64,000 nt of DNA, taken from Opitutales bacterium (lineage in GTDB: Bacteria > Verrucomicrobiota > Verrucomicrobiia > Opitutales > Seribacteraceae). The stretch lies in assembly GCA_900299365.1 (NCBI GenBank), contig OMJS01000013.1, positions 939-64,938 of the forward strand. The letters are read 5' to 3'. The notes under the pieces are model-generated. The model had not been told where the DNA came from, did no database searches, and saw only the letters and a list, made by a program, of their open reading frames with translations. A program made the translations under genes and the position numbers. Positions 8,093 to 18,174 of the stretch are shown in pieces. The first letter of the stretch is position 1. Every line of letters starts with the position of its first letter.

Positions 8093-10150
8093 TTAGCATC
8101 CTAATAGGTCAAGCAAGCAAGTTGCTTCAAAATTATCGCATGGTAATTCTGAGATGAAGTCTTTTCCATATCTTTTCGAGAGTATCCTGGAATCCAGAAT
8201 GACTAATTCCCCTACATCTGTTTTTGAGCGAATTAGCCTACCCACTCCCTGACGGAACCTGATAACTGCAGAAGGTAGGGTAATTTCTTTAAAGGAACTA
8301 AGGTTCTGAGCATGCAATATATCACTTTTGGCTTCCAGCAGCGGATGACTGGGGTTTTCAAATGGTAAACGTGTAATAATAACTTGAGAAATACATGAAC
8401 CTTTTGCATCAAACCCTTTCCAAAAACTTTCTGCTCCAAGTAATAATACATCGCCCTCATCTATCACTCTTTTGCGCAATTCTGAACGTGAATATTGAGT
8501 GCCCTGTGCATAAATGGATCGCTGTAATCTATGCCAACTTGGTTTTAGTTGTTCGTGACAGTATCTCAAATCAGAATAATTGGTAAAAAGTACCAGCGTC
8601 CCACCCTCAATTGACTGAGCAAACCCATGGATTGCTTTGGTAATATAATCCAAATAAATCGATCGATCTGCAGACTGAGGTTCTGGGCAGTCACTACAAA
8701 TTTTAATACTCATTTGGTTTTGGTAATCGAACGGGGAAGAAACGATGCATTCATCTGCAGATTGAGCACCTATTTGATTTCGGAAAAATTGGGCACTTCT
8801 TTTTCTACTTAAAGTGGCACTGGTCATTAACACCGAAGACTCCTTCGAAAACAGCTCTTGATTCAAAATAGTAGCGATTTCCAGAGGTGCACTCCTCAAG
8901 TAAATAATTTGATTCCGTCGACCGCCTCTATCTAACCAGTAAACTGAATTCTTGTCTTTCAGATCGGCTACTTCGGAGAGATTATTCAAATAAGATTGTA
9001 CTCGTTTTATCTGGTCCCTTAGTTCCAAGCGTAAATGTTCCTCTTTCACTCTTTCTGACAATTCCACCAGTACACGTAGTAATCGGCTAAAAGGAGGAAA
9101 AACCTCTCTTGGAAATAATTCTGAACTAGTTAATCTCACCCGATCTCTTTCGCCTAGAATTTCAAGGTGAAGATATTGAAAAAAGTCCTTAATTGCCATG
9201 TTGGCATGCTCAATCACCTTTAAATCGGATTCTCTGGCGATTTTAGAAAGCAAACCTTTATGCTTCTTAGGATTGTACAATTGACGAAGCAAAGTCTCCA
9301 TAGCCCATGAACTCAAAGATATTCCCAAATGATCGCTCGCAACATCCGCAATTTCGTGAGCCTCATCAAAAACCAAAAAATCATCTGGAAATAATATTCC
9401 TGCCCTTTCATCACTAGGACCCACTCCAGCACCGATCAGCGAAAATAAAAGACTATGATTAATAACCACAATATCTGCATTCTCAACCAAATGACGTGCT
9501 TTTCTGTAGTAGCAATTTTCCGGACTGCAATGTTTGGAAGAACATACCGAGGAATCCGCGTTAACAGAGTCCCATACCAATGGGTTGGGAGAAGGTAACA
9601 TCTCTTGACGGATTCCTTCTTTGGGTCCGGATTCCACCCAATCTGCTATTCTTTGTAAATCTCCTCTTTGATTAGACTCAAATATGTCTGACTGCCCTAT
9701 CATTGCCCTATGCAAACGATTTTGGCACAGATAATTGGCCCTACCTACCAATAAGGCACACTTGAATTCAGCAAAGGAATTCATCCCGAAAATCCTATTA
9801 AATAAATCGTGAACAGAAGGGACATCTTTTTCGAGCAACTGCTCCTGTAAGCTGATGGTATTTGTTGCGATGATGCATTTCCTGCCGGTCAAGCGGGCAT
9901 ATAGGATCGAAGGGATTAAGTAGGCAAGGCTTTTACCTACACCAGTACCAGCTTCAAAAATCAGGTGCTTTCCCGAAACAAGACTTGCGGCATATGTTTT
10001 TGCCATCTCAGCTTGTTCTGCCCGGAACTCAAAGCCTAATGCCTGCTCAAGGTGACCATTAGGGGCAAAAATCTCATCTACTTTTGAAAGATAATTTTCA
10101 AACTTTCCTGCACCCTGGCATGAATCTAAGGAATCAATGATGTGAATCAT
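8093..10150 (-). CDS. dinG: ATP-dependent DNA helicase, DinG/XPD family (Fe-S)
   Basis: Walker A GTGVGKSLAYLIPS, DEAH box (FDEAHEI), a Cys cluster (LCQN ... CSSKHCSPENC) and the C-terminal helicase motif RFRQGVGRLIR. Confidence 0.88.
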   Translation of the reverse strand: MIHIIDSLDSCQGAGKFENYLSKVDEIFAPNGHLEQALGFEFRAEQAEMAKTYAASLVSGKHLIFEAGTGVGKSLAYLIPSILYARLTGRKCIIATNTISLQEQLLEKDVPSVHDLFNRIFGMNSFAEFKCALLVGRANYLCQNRLHRAMIGQSDIFESNQRGDLQRIADWVESGPKEGIRQEMLPSPNPLVWDSVNADSSVCSSKHCSPENCYYRKARHLVENADIVVINHSLLFSLIGAGVGPSDERAGILFPDDFLVFDEAHEIADVASDHLGISLSSWAMETLLRQLYNPKKHKGLLSKIARESDLKVIEHANMAIKDFFQYLHLEILGERDRVRLTSSELFPREVFPPFSRLLRVLVELSERVKEEHLRLELRDQIKRVQSYLNNLSEVADLKDKNSVYWLDRGGRRNQIIYLRSAPLEIATILNQELFSKESSVLMTSATLSRKRSAQFFRNQIGAQSADECIVSSPFDYQNQMSIKICSDCPEPQSADRSIYLDYITKAIHGFAQSIEGGTLVLFTNYSDLRYCHEQLKPSWHRLQRSIYAQGTQYSRSELRKRVIDEGDVLLLGAESFWKGFDAKGSCISQVIITRLPFENPSHPLLEAKSDILHAQNLSSFKEITLPSAVIRFRQGVGRLIRSKTDVGELVILDSRILSKRYGKDFISELPCDNFEATCLLDLLGC

Positions 10151-10206
10151 ATTTTTTACCTTATATTATTGGAATTATTTTCAAAAAGATTTGAAAAATT
10201 TGGAAT

Positions 10207-10854
10207 TCAGGACAGTTCCTGAACATACGGATTGCTGCTTTTTTCTTTTCCCACAGTGGTGTTTGGTCCATGACCCACAGCTAATTCAGTATCATCTGGC
10301 AAGGTGTAAATTTTGCTACGAATTGAAACTTCAAGCTCATGAAAGTTCCCTCCAGGTAGATCAGTTCTTCCAACACTTCCAGCAAAAATAACATCACCAA
10401 CAAAACAAATTTTCTCATCTATTAAATAAAAGGCAATGTTTCCCGGGCAATGACCGGGACAATGAAGAACAAGAACTTCTCTACCCCACAAATTAAGGAT
10501 ATCTCCATCATCAATCCATTGCTTGATTTTTACGGGGACTAACGAAACTCCAGGTAGAGAGAAACCGGACATAAGCTGAGGGTTTTCGAACATTATTTCA
10601 TCTGCCTGGTGTCCAATAATATGGGGATCGGAACCTAACATTTCCGACACTCCGGCAATGTGATCCCAATGACCATGGGTCAGCCAAATTTCTTTGAGAG
10701 TGAGTTCTTTGCCTTGAAGAAATTGGTTGATCTCTTCTGCACAAGCAGGCGGTGCATCTATTAAAACTGCCTCGTTTCCATTCTCCTCCCAGAGAATAAA
10801 ACAATTGGTGGAAATTGGACCTAACTCAAGCTTTTGCACGCACAATTCGTTCAT
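10207..10854 (-). CDS. MBL-fold metallo-hydrolase (hydroxyacylglutathione hydrolase-like)
   Basis: THGHWDH metal motif and CPGHCPG. ATG at 10854 (MNELCVQK...) gives the typical length of about 215 aa; the ORF-track start at 10929 is TTG. Confidence 0.85.
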   Translation of the reverse strand: MNELCVQKLELGPISTNCFILWEENGNEAVLIDAPPACAEEINQFLQGKELTLKEIWLTHGHWDHIAGVSEMLGSDPHIIGHQADEIMFENPQLMSGFSLPGVSLVPVKIKQWIDDGDILNLWGREVLVLHCPGHCPGNIAFYLIDEKICFVGDVIFAGSVGRTDLPGGNFHELEVSIRSKIYTLPDDTELAVGHGPNTTVGKEKSSNPYVQELS

Positions 10855-10986
10855 GGTAGTTAACTTATCGACAGAAAAAAAATCTCCAAGATTAATGAAA
10901 CGGGGACATGGGTAACCAATTTTTTTCAATGCCCTTGTTCCTTGACTTGAAGGTCTTAATTATTATTGATAGTCAATTCGATGTTG

Positions 10987-11052
<66 letters not shown>

Positions 11053-11063
<11 letters not shown>

Positions 11064-11730
11064 CCTTATCGATTGGTTGCAAGTAACTGATGACCACTAC
11101 AAAAAAGCACAAGGTTAAGTTAAAGCAGGGTATTTGTAAATTGGTCGGCATCGTGTAAACGATTGTCACCGCAGGTATCCATATTATCCAAGTGGAAAAC
11201 AACAGAAATGCAGACTCAGATAACAATCGATTGAAGCTTCGAACTTCTCTTACTTTTGCCCATTGAAAGCCCGCTTTTTTCCAACCATAAAAAATGGCGG
11301 TAACTGGAGCAGACCAAAAGGGGCAATATATTAGCATATCCGTCATGACTTTATAAAAAATTTCCTGAACCTGGTTTTCCTCACCATAGAAAATGCCCTG
11401 CAGTCTATAAAATGCATCAACTTCAATTCCTTTTATTGCCCAAAAGACCACAAAAAATAAAAACCAAGATTTTTTTTTACCGGTTGGAATATTTTTTTGG
11501 ATGACGAGAATGGTGTAAGGAATAATTCCACCAAAAAAAGCAGTAGTTACAGAGGAATAAAAATATCCAAATTCTTGCTTTAATTCTCCTAGCCGGTCCA
11601 AGGCTTTACCGAAGGGATCAATTTGGTAATATGACCAACAAACCAGTCCAAGGATCGTAGATATAAAAATCCCTGTTATTACATTCGCAGTCAAGTTTGA
11701 CCGACAACGGTCCCAAGCATGCTTAAACAT
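11053..11730 (-). CDS. hypothetical multi-pass membrane protein
   Basis: 225-aa ORF with about 6 hydrophobic segments and no recognised motif. Its last 11 nt overlap the 3' end of tRNA-Asp on the opposite strand. Confidence 0.6.
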
Positions 11731-11755
11731 CTTCGAACCGAAAATTTTTCACTTC

Positions 11756-12844
11756 TTAAACGAAACTTTCCCCTTTTTTCAGTGATGTAGCAAATGCAAC
11801 AAGTAATTTTACCACTGCTTCAAGGTCATTTAAATCGATCACTTCACTGGGAGTGTGCATATACCTTAGTGGAATGCCCACCAAACCGGTAGGAATTCCA
11901 TTGCGAGCAACTTGTATTGCCCTAGCATCGGTACCAGTAGGCCTAGGATCAGCCTCAATTTGAACAGGGATTTTATTTTTCTCTGCACATTCCAAGAGAC
12001 GTTCAAAAACAGCTGGGTGGATGTTGGGACCTCTCGTAAGGATGGGCCCCCCCCCGAGTTCAAACGATCCATATCTTCGATGATCCGCATCTGGATGGTC
12101 GGTGGCATGGGAAACATCGACTACCAAAGCAACATCAGGGTTGACTGAGTGAGCAGAGGTGATCGCCCCGCGCGTACCAATCTCTTCCTGAGATGTAGAA
12201 ACAGCGACAACATCGGCAGATAAACCTTGAGCGTTTTTTAAACGAAGCAAAGCCTCGTTTACAGCGTATGCGCCTGACTTATCATCAAATGCCCTCGATA
12301 CAATTAAAGATTCGTGCAAAGTCTCAAGACCATGGTCATAGACTGCCGCGTCACCGATGGTGATTCTTTTTAATGCCTCTTCTTTTGATTTCGCTCCTAT
12401 ATCAATCCACATTTGATGTAGTTCCGGAACTTTTTTTCTATCATCTGGTGTCATCAAGTGAATGGCTCGCTTCCCAGTTACACCCCGGATAATTCCGTTC
12501 TTGGTAAGTATTTCGACCCGACGCCCCGATATCATAGACTTATCATGTCCACCAATTGCATCAAAATATAAATATCCTTTACTATTTACATGTTTGATAA
12601 TCAAACCAAGCTCGTCGATATGACCAGCTAGCATAAGAGTGGGTCCACCTTTTCCATGAATTTTTGCATGGCAACTTCCCATTGCGTCAATCGAAAATTT
12701 GTCCGCTGATTTCTCAACAAATTTTTTAATTACTGCACGGGCTTCATTTTCATATCCAGATGGTGAATGAGCAGCCAAAAGCTCAGATAAAAAAAGGGGC
12801 GTTTTGAAATTCGGGCAAGGTGCAGTTGAGGAGGTTTTTTTCAT
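11756..12844 (-). CDS. M42 family metallopeptidase (glutamyl aminopeptidase/FrvX-like)
   Basis: Motifs GHIDELGLI, SRAFDDKSG, SQEEIGTRGA, VDVSHATD and RYMHTPSEV. ATG at 12844; the ORF-track start at 12853 is TTG. Confidence 0.88.
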   Translation of the reverse strand: MKKTSSTAPCPNFKTPLFLSELLAAHSPSGYENEARAVIKKFVEKSADKFSIDAMGSCHAKIHGKGGPTLMLAGHIDELGLIIKHVNSKGYLYFDAIGGHDKSMISGRRVEILTKNGIIRGVTGKRAIHLMTPDDRKKVPELHQMWIDIGAKSKEEALKRITIGDAAVYDHGLETLHESLIVSRAFDDKSGAYAVNEALLRLKNAQGLSADVVAVSTSQEEIGTRGAITSAHSVNPDVALVVDVSHATDHPDADHRRYGSFELGGGPILTRGPNIHPAVFERLLECAEKNKIPVQIEADPRPTGTDARAIQVARNGIPTGLVGIPLRYMHTPSEVIDLNDLEAVVKLLVAFATSLKKGESFV

Positions 12845-12945
12845 CGATCCCAATCAATCCGCAGATCATCTTTATTGCAACCCTTAGAGTAATTTCCTGA
12901 TTTATTACTCGCTCTTGAGCTCAGGCAATCTATTTGAATGAGAGT

Positions 12946-13671
12946 ATGACAATTTATCCAGCAATTGATCTCAAAGGCGGACGATGTGTTCGTTTATTTC
13001 AGGGAAAGTCTGATCAGGAAACTGTTTATTATAATGATCCACGAGTTCCTGCCCGCGAATGGTTAGAGCAAGGAGCCACTCACCTGCACCTCGTGGATCT
13101 GGACGGAGCCTTTTCGGGAAATTCAGAAAACCTCAATGCCGTGAAATCGATTCTCTCCATCGGTGGGATGAAGGTACAACTCGGCGGAGGAATGAGGAAT
13201 CATGAAGCAATTGAAAATGCCTTGGACCTCGGACTTAGTAGAATCATTTTGGGAACTTCAGCTTGCGAAAACCCTTCATGGATTGGGGAATTAATCAAGC
13301 AATTTGGTCCAGACAAGATAGTTATTGGAATAGATGCCAGAGATGGTTTCGTAGCGACCAAAGGATGGGTAGAAATTAGCCAAATTTCTGCACTTGAATT
13401 TGCCAAGGAAATGGAAAATCAAGGAGCCCGCTGGATTATTCATACAGATGTGGCAACCGATGGTGCAATGAAAGGACCCAATCTTTCGGCTCAGGAAAAA
13501 ATGGCTGCGGTAGTACCTAATTGTAAAGTAATTGCATCCGGAGGTGTATCGAGTAAAGAAGATATCGAAGATCTGAGAAACTTAGCACTAAAGTTTGAAA
13601 ACTTAGAGGGAGTCATCGTGGGAAAGGCCCTCTATGAAAAAACAGTCTCTCTGAGAGAAGTGATTTCATAA
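12946..13671 (+). CDS. hisA: 1-(5-phosphoribosyl)-5-[(5-phosphoribosylamino)methylideneamino]imidazole-4-carboxamide isomerase
   Basis: MTIYPAIDLKGGRCVRLFQG plus the C-terminal GVIVGKALYE. ATG at 12946. Confidence 0.92.
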   Translation: MTIYPAIDLKGGRCVRLFQGKSDQETVYYNDPRVPAREWLEQGATHLHLVDLDGAFSGNSENLNAVKSILSIGGMKVQLGGGMRNHEAIENALDLGLSRIILGTSACENPSWIGELIKQFGPDKIVIGIDARDGFVATKGWVEISQISALEFAKEMENQGARWIIHTDVATDGAMKGPNLSAQEKMAAVVPNCKVIASGGVSSKEDIEDLRNLALKFENLEGVIVGKALYEKTVSLREVIS

Positions 13672-13759
13672 AGTTGATAATTATTCCCTTGGGAAATTTT
13701 CTTGCCATATCCATTTGCCCAACCTTTGATCGTTATAAATCCCGAACTACTATCCCATT

Positions 13760-15157
13760 ATGACTAAGCTTACATTTGATGTAGATTTTAACAAGGACCC
13801 AGAAGAAATTCTGAAAGAAATTCAGGAACGTGCAAAAGCAGAAGTGGCAAAGCGTGAATCCAAAATTAAAACAGCTGCTTTCCTTTCCAATCTTCATAAG
13901 AGAGTAAATGAAGAGATCGGAACTGATTATACATCAATTAATGATCTCATCCGTGCTCTTACTCAATTTGCAAATCCAAAGCTAAAAGAGAAAATTAGCT
14001 CAAGTTCTGCTTCCGGCAGGCGAATAACTGTATCAATGACCAAGGATTTGTTTGAGGATATCAAATCAAAGTTAGCTAATTCCAACCCTAATAAAGCTGC
14101 GATAGCTCGTGAAACTGGTGCAAGTGTTGTGCAAGTCAGAAAAGTTGCAAGTGGTGGATACGATGCAAAATTTTCCGGAGAATCTGGCTCTGATCTTCAG
14201 GCGACCTTACCCAGCAAAAATCTCAAAGTCATCCAACCAGAGGAGAGCAAACCCGAGAAGATCGAAAAACCGGTTAAGCCAAAATTCTCCTTAGAAGAGG
14301 AATCTGCAAAAGAAGATCCTATTCTTGAAGTCCCTACCATCGCTCCCAGCGAAGAGACTATTGAGGAACCTGCTCCTCTCGCTCCTCCTGCACCCTCCCT
14401 TGATTTACCACCCGTTCCTGCAACCCCAGAACCTATTTCACCTCCTCCCCCAGAGGAACCGGTCGCTCAGCAAGATTCGCCCCCTGAACTTCCCCCGATC
14501 GCTCCTCCTTCCATGGGCGAAGAAATTGCAGAGGAACCTGCTCCAATCGCTCCCCCTCCTGCACCCTCCCTTGATTTACCACCCGTTCCTACAGTTCCGG
14601 AACCTATTACTCCTCCTCCCCCAGAGGAACCGGTAGCTCAGGAAGATTCGCCCCCTGAACTTCCCCCGATTGCTCCTCCTTCCATGGGCGAAGAAATTGC
14701 GGAGGAACCCGCTCCTATCGCTCCCCCTCCTGCACCCTCCCTTGATTTACCACCTGTTCCTACAGTTCCGGAATCTATTACTCCTCCTTCCCCAGAGGAA
14801 CCGGTCGCTCAGGAAGATTCGCCCCCTGAACTTCCCCCGATTGCTCCTCCTTCCATAGCCGAAGAAATTGAGGAGGAACCTGCTCCTATTGCTCCTCCCC
14901 CTGCTCCTTCTCTTGATTTACCACCGGAACCATCTTCTGTTCCCTCACCAACTGAACCTCCCTCTCCTGAACCTCCCAGTACCCCCCCCCAGCCTTCTGT
15001 TGCTCCTAGTAAGCCTAAGCTTAGTCTCAAACCGAAGGGAAACAAACCTGGTCTCGGTGGAAAACCCGGGAAACCAACTTTATCCCTGAAATCCGGCAAA
15101 AAGAAGCCCGCAGGACTCAAACTTACAAGACCGCCGATGAAGCCACCTTCCGCCTAG
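13760..15157 (+). CDS. proline-rich tandem-repeat protein with N-terminal helical/HTH-like region and lysine-rich tail
   Basis: 465-aa ORF. About 170 aa of charged helical N-terminus (contains NKAAIARETGASVVQVRKV), then 3.3 copies of a 57-aa P/E-rich repeat, then the tail KPKLSLKPKGNKPGLGGKPGKPTLSLKSGKKKP. Confidence 0.75.
   Translation: MTKLTFDVDFNKDPEEILKEIQERAKAEVAKRESKIKTAAFLSNLHKRVNEEIGTDYTSINDLIRALTQFANPKLKEKISSSSASGRRITVSMTKDLFEDIKSKLANSNPNKAAIARETGASVVQVRKVASGGYDAKFSGESGSDLQATLPSKNLKVIQPEESKPEKIEKPVKPKFSLEEESAKEDPILEVPTIAPSEETIEEPAPLAPPAPSLDLPPVPATPEPISPPPPEEPVAQQDSPPELPPIAPPSMGEEIAEEPAPIAPPPAPSLDLPPVPTVPEPITPPPPEEPVAQEDSPPELPPIAPPSMGEEIAEEPAPIAPPPAPSLDLPPVPTVPESITPPSPEEPVAQEDSPPELPPIAPPSIAEEIEEEPAPIAPPPAPSLDLPPEPSSVPSPTEPPSPEPPSTPPQPSVAPSKPKLSLKPKGNKPGLGGKPGKPTLSLKSGKKKPAGLKLTRPPMKPPSA
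14351..14925 (+). repeat. 171-nt (57-codon) tandem repeat, about 3.3 copies, inside the proline-rich CDS
   Basis: The marker gaggaacc recurs at 14363, 14531, 14702 and 14873 (spacing 168, 171, 171). Copies are near-identical at the DNA level. Confidence 0.9.
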
Positions 15158-15222
15158 ATTTATATATGGTTTTGAATTGATCTTGTCGGATGTCATTTTT
15201 TTAACATATTTGGAATCCTTTG

Positions 15223-15298
15223 GGGGCCGTAGCTCAGTTGGAAGAGCGCCACAATGGCATTGTGGAGGTCGTCGGTTCGATCCCGATCGGCTCCACCA
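15223..15298 (+). tRNA. tRNA-Ala (GGC)
   Basis: Acceptor GGGGCCG/CGGCTCC with the G3:U70 Ala identity pair, anticodon loop ATGGCAT, T-arm with TTCGATC. CCA is encoded. Confidence 0.93.
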
Positions 15299-15338
15299 AT
15301 CCTCTCACTTTGGATCATTATTCTTTGGTATTTGAATC

Positions 15339-16592
15339 ATGGAAGTTTGGATAACTGGACTGGGCTTTATAACAAGTATTGGTTGCAACAAGGCTAAAGT
15401 CATAGATAGCCTGATCAATTTAAAGCATGGTATAACCTCTCCTGCCATGCTTCAAGTATCAGAATCTCCAGTCAAAGTAGCAGGAACTATTGATGAATTT
15501 GATTTAGATTCAAACGATCCAGAGGATTGGCAATTCCCTGCTGAATACAATGTTCCTAGATCACTATTGAGAAGCTTTTCTCCTCATGTTCTCTATGCAT
15601 GGTGTTCTCTCCAACAAGCGATTCATGAAGCTCGGCTTGACTCTTCAGAATTAGAGGATCCAAATTCAGGTTTATACACTGCATCCGGAGGTTCCATGCG
15701 ATCCATTCATCAACATTTTGAGAAGATGGATCGAAGCGGGGTGATGGCGTGTAATCCACTCGCAATTGTTGCTTCAATTTCAGGCACCCTAACCTTCAAT
15801 CTTGTTGCTGGGCTAGGAATCAGAGGATCATCAATGGGCTTAGTCTCTGCCTGTGCATCTTCCGGGCATGCACTTGGTACGGCTTTAGATGAAATTCGGC
15901 TCGGCAGACAAAATCGAATGTTGGTTGTTGGTGCAGAAGATTGTAACTTCGAAAGCATAGTACCATTTTGCGGGATGAGGGCACTCTCTCTGGAACAAAA
16001 CCCTGACCTTGCTTCTCGTCCCTTCGACACGGCAAGAAATGGTTTTGTAGGAACTGGAGGAGCTGTATCAATGGTATTAGAAACAAAGGAAGAGGCTCTT
16101 AGACGTGGTGCTAATCCCTATGCAAAATTCATTGGCTGGGGGCAGGGATCGGATGGGCACAATGTGGCCATATCACACCCTGAAGGAAGAGGTCTTCAAG
16201 ACTCAATGCGTAGAGCCCTTAAGGATGCTAAACTTAAAGCAACTGATATCGATTACTTAAATGCACATGCTCCATCGACATCGATCGGAGATGCATCTGA
16301 AATGAAGGCAATCAAAGAAGTATTTCCCCTCCCTCAAAAGCTACAGCTTTCTAGCACGAAAGCTCTAACTGGTCATGGTTTATCTCTTTCCAGCATCATG
16401 GAGGCCTCATTTTGTTGCCTGGCAATCAAAGAAGGGTTTGTTCCTGGTTCTGCTCATGTAAGCAATCCCGACCCGCAGTTGGAACATTTAAACCTTCTAA
16501 GAAAAACGCAATTTCAACAAGCATCGAAAGTGATGAGCAATAGTAGCGGATTTGGTGGAGCTAATGTCAGCTTAATCTTTGAAAACGTTTAA
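15339..16592 (+). CDS. beta-ketoacyl-ACP synthase (KAS I/II, FabB/FabF-like)
   Basis: N-terminus VWITGLG, active-site Cys in ACASSGHALG, His motifs NAHAPSTSIGD (canonical NAHGTST) and TGHGLS, and a GFGGANVSL end. Confidence 0.85.
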   Translation: MEVWITGLGFITSIGCNKAKVIDSLINLKHGITSPAMLQVSESPVKVAGTIDEFDLDSNDPEDWQFPAEYNVPRSLLRSFSPHVLYAWCSLQQAIHEARLDSSELEDPNSGLYTASGGSMRSIHQHFEKMDRSGVMACNPLAIVASISGTLTFNLVAGLGIRGSSMGLVSACASSGHALGTALDEIRLGRQNRMLVVGAEDCNFESIVPFCGMRALSLEQNPDLASRPFDTARNGFVGTGGAVSMVLETKEEALRRGANPYAKFIGWGQGSDGHNVAISHPEGRGLQDSMRRALKDAKLKATDIDYLNAHAPSTSIGDASEMKAIKEVFPLPQKLQLSSTKALTGHGLSLSSIMEASFCCLAIKEGFVPGSAHVSNPDPQLEHLNLLRKTQFQQASKVMSNSSGFGGANVSLIFENV

Positions 16593-16626
16593 AGCTCTTC
16601 CTTTTACTCTCTATGCTAACTCATCC

Positions 16627-17232
16627 ATGGATCAGGAAAAACTCGCAGAATTAATTCAAAAGAGAAGAACCCGAAAGCCTGCTTCATTCCATTCGGTAGT
16701 GCCGAGTGATATCATTACTCAAATCATCAACACCGCTCGTCATGCACCCAACCATCATCGTACCGAACCAGCTAGGTTTTATCTGCTAAACCGTGAGAAA
16801 ATTATACAGGTTTCTCAACTTATGGCTGAGATGATCAAAGGAGACGGATATGATCCCATCCTTGTAGAACGGGCCTTAAGAAAAGAAAAAGAATGGAGCA
16901 ATGCAACTGGACTACTTGTCGTCACATCCTTCAGCGATTCAAGCTCCGTTCTATTTAGTAAGAACCAAAATTTGATCGAAGAAAATTATGCAACCACTTG
17001 CTGCATTATCCAAAATCTTCTCCTTCTTTTCGAAGCAAGCAAAATATCCGCAAAATGGAGTACCGCTTCGGTTTGGAACCATCCTCGATTCAAAAAAACT
17101 ATTGGTTTAAAATATCCTGAGGATGAAAAATTCGTGGGTTTAATTTTTTATGGATATTCCGACCACGAATCAGCAATCAGAGCTCTCTCACCCCTGCCAA
17201 ATCAAGTCGTTGATTATTCCGCTGAAAGCTAG
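16627..17232 (+). CDS. nitroreductase family protein
   Basis: RRTRKPASF...ARHAPNHHRTEPARFYLL is a typical nitroreductase N-terminal signature. ATG at 16627; the ORF-track start at 16579 is TTG and overlaps the KAS gene. Confidence 0.8.
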   Translation: MDQEKLAELIQKRRTRKPASFHSVVPSDIITQIINTARHAPNHHRTEPARFYLLNREKIIQVSQLMAEMIKGDGYDPILVERALRKEKEWSNATGLLVVTSFSDSSSVLFSKNQNLIEENYATTCCIIQNLLLLFEASKISAKWSTASVWNHPRFKKTIGLKYPEDEKFVGLIFYGYSDHESAIRALSPLPNQVVDYSAES

Positions 17233-17304
17233 ATTCTTCCAATAAAAAAGTTTCATAATTGACCACCTGTTCTAAATTTATCATAACTCCTCTTTTGGTG
17301 ATCT

Positions 17305-17380
<76 letters not shown>

Positions 17381-17808
17381 CCGAAAACCTTTAGTAATCA
17401 CAAAATTACGAAAGGTTTTTTAGGAGGAACCGCAACCCATCATTTACGCTTTGATACATCTTGGACACTTTGATGTTTAACTATTTCCACTCCCCCACCC
17501 TGACTTCTCTTTTATTCTAAGAGCAAAGTAATATCTCCAAGGGGACGGTGGGAATGGTAATAGGTAGACGTATGTATTATATATATCAGCGTTCTCTACT
17601 TTCTGAGGATAGAGCATTAAATAGATGGACGAATATAGTGTGTAGTTTGTTCCTTACTAGGGTTAGTTCTCTTTTTGGTAACACTTATAATCAGGTATAT
17701 GCTGATTCCTTATTACTTTATTGAGTATATTGGCTATTTTTAGATATTTAAGGTAATAATCTAGATTGGAAAATGATAAACCTTACGACAGCAATTTGAT
17801 AATCAAAA

Positions 17809-18168
17809 ATGGCTATTGAAGATATAATTCCCCTAGAAATCCTATTTCCTGAGAAAAGAAACAATGAATTACAAAAAAAATTCATTGCGAAAGGAAAAAA
17901 GAAAAAAGTAGACAAAGAGGCAATGGCATCTCCTATGATGCGAATTCCGAGAATGGATGTTCGGGTAGCAAGAGACCTGATCGATGTTGGAATTAAAGAA
18001 ATTTACGAACTTCAAGGAAGGTCTGCTGAATCTATCTGGGAAGAAATTAAAACAAAAAAACCCCAAACTCCTGATTGGACACTTCCCTATCTACATATGG
18101 CAGTCTATTTTTGTGAAGAAGAAAACCCAGATCCCAAGAAATTACACCCACAAAATTGGGCTAATTAA
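17809..18168 (+). CDS. helix-hairpin-helix domain protein (Cdd1/pathogenicity-locus-like)
   Basis: 119 aa. RIPRMDVRVARDLIDVGIKEIYELQGRSAESIWEEI resembles the HhH motif of Cdd1-like proteins. Assignment is from memory. Confidence 0.5.
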   Translation: MAIEDIIPLEILFPEKRNNELQKKFIAKGKKKKVDKEAMASPMMRIPRMDVRVARDLIDVGIKEIYELQGRSAESIWEEIKTKKPQTPDWTLPYLHMAVYFCEEENPDPKKLHPQNWAN

Positions 18169-18174
18169 AAAAGT

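Noticed and set aside
7332-10150. The DinG-family helicase next to the PP2C phosphatase, considered as a possible defence module.
   Set aside because: The helicase has the standard housekeeping DinG/XPD layout with an Fe-S cluster, and no nuclease, Cas or other effector partner. The neighbours are envelope and housekeeping genes.
14109-15120. Alternative-frame and antisense ORFs across the proline-rich repeat (14325..14636, 14670..14858, 14868..15089 and 14809..15120 minus).
   Set aside because: These are artefacts of the CCN/GAR-rich repeat, which is stop-free in several frames. Only the 13760..15157 frame has non-repetitive flanking domains and a sensible start.
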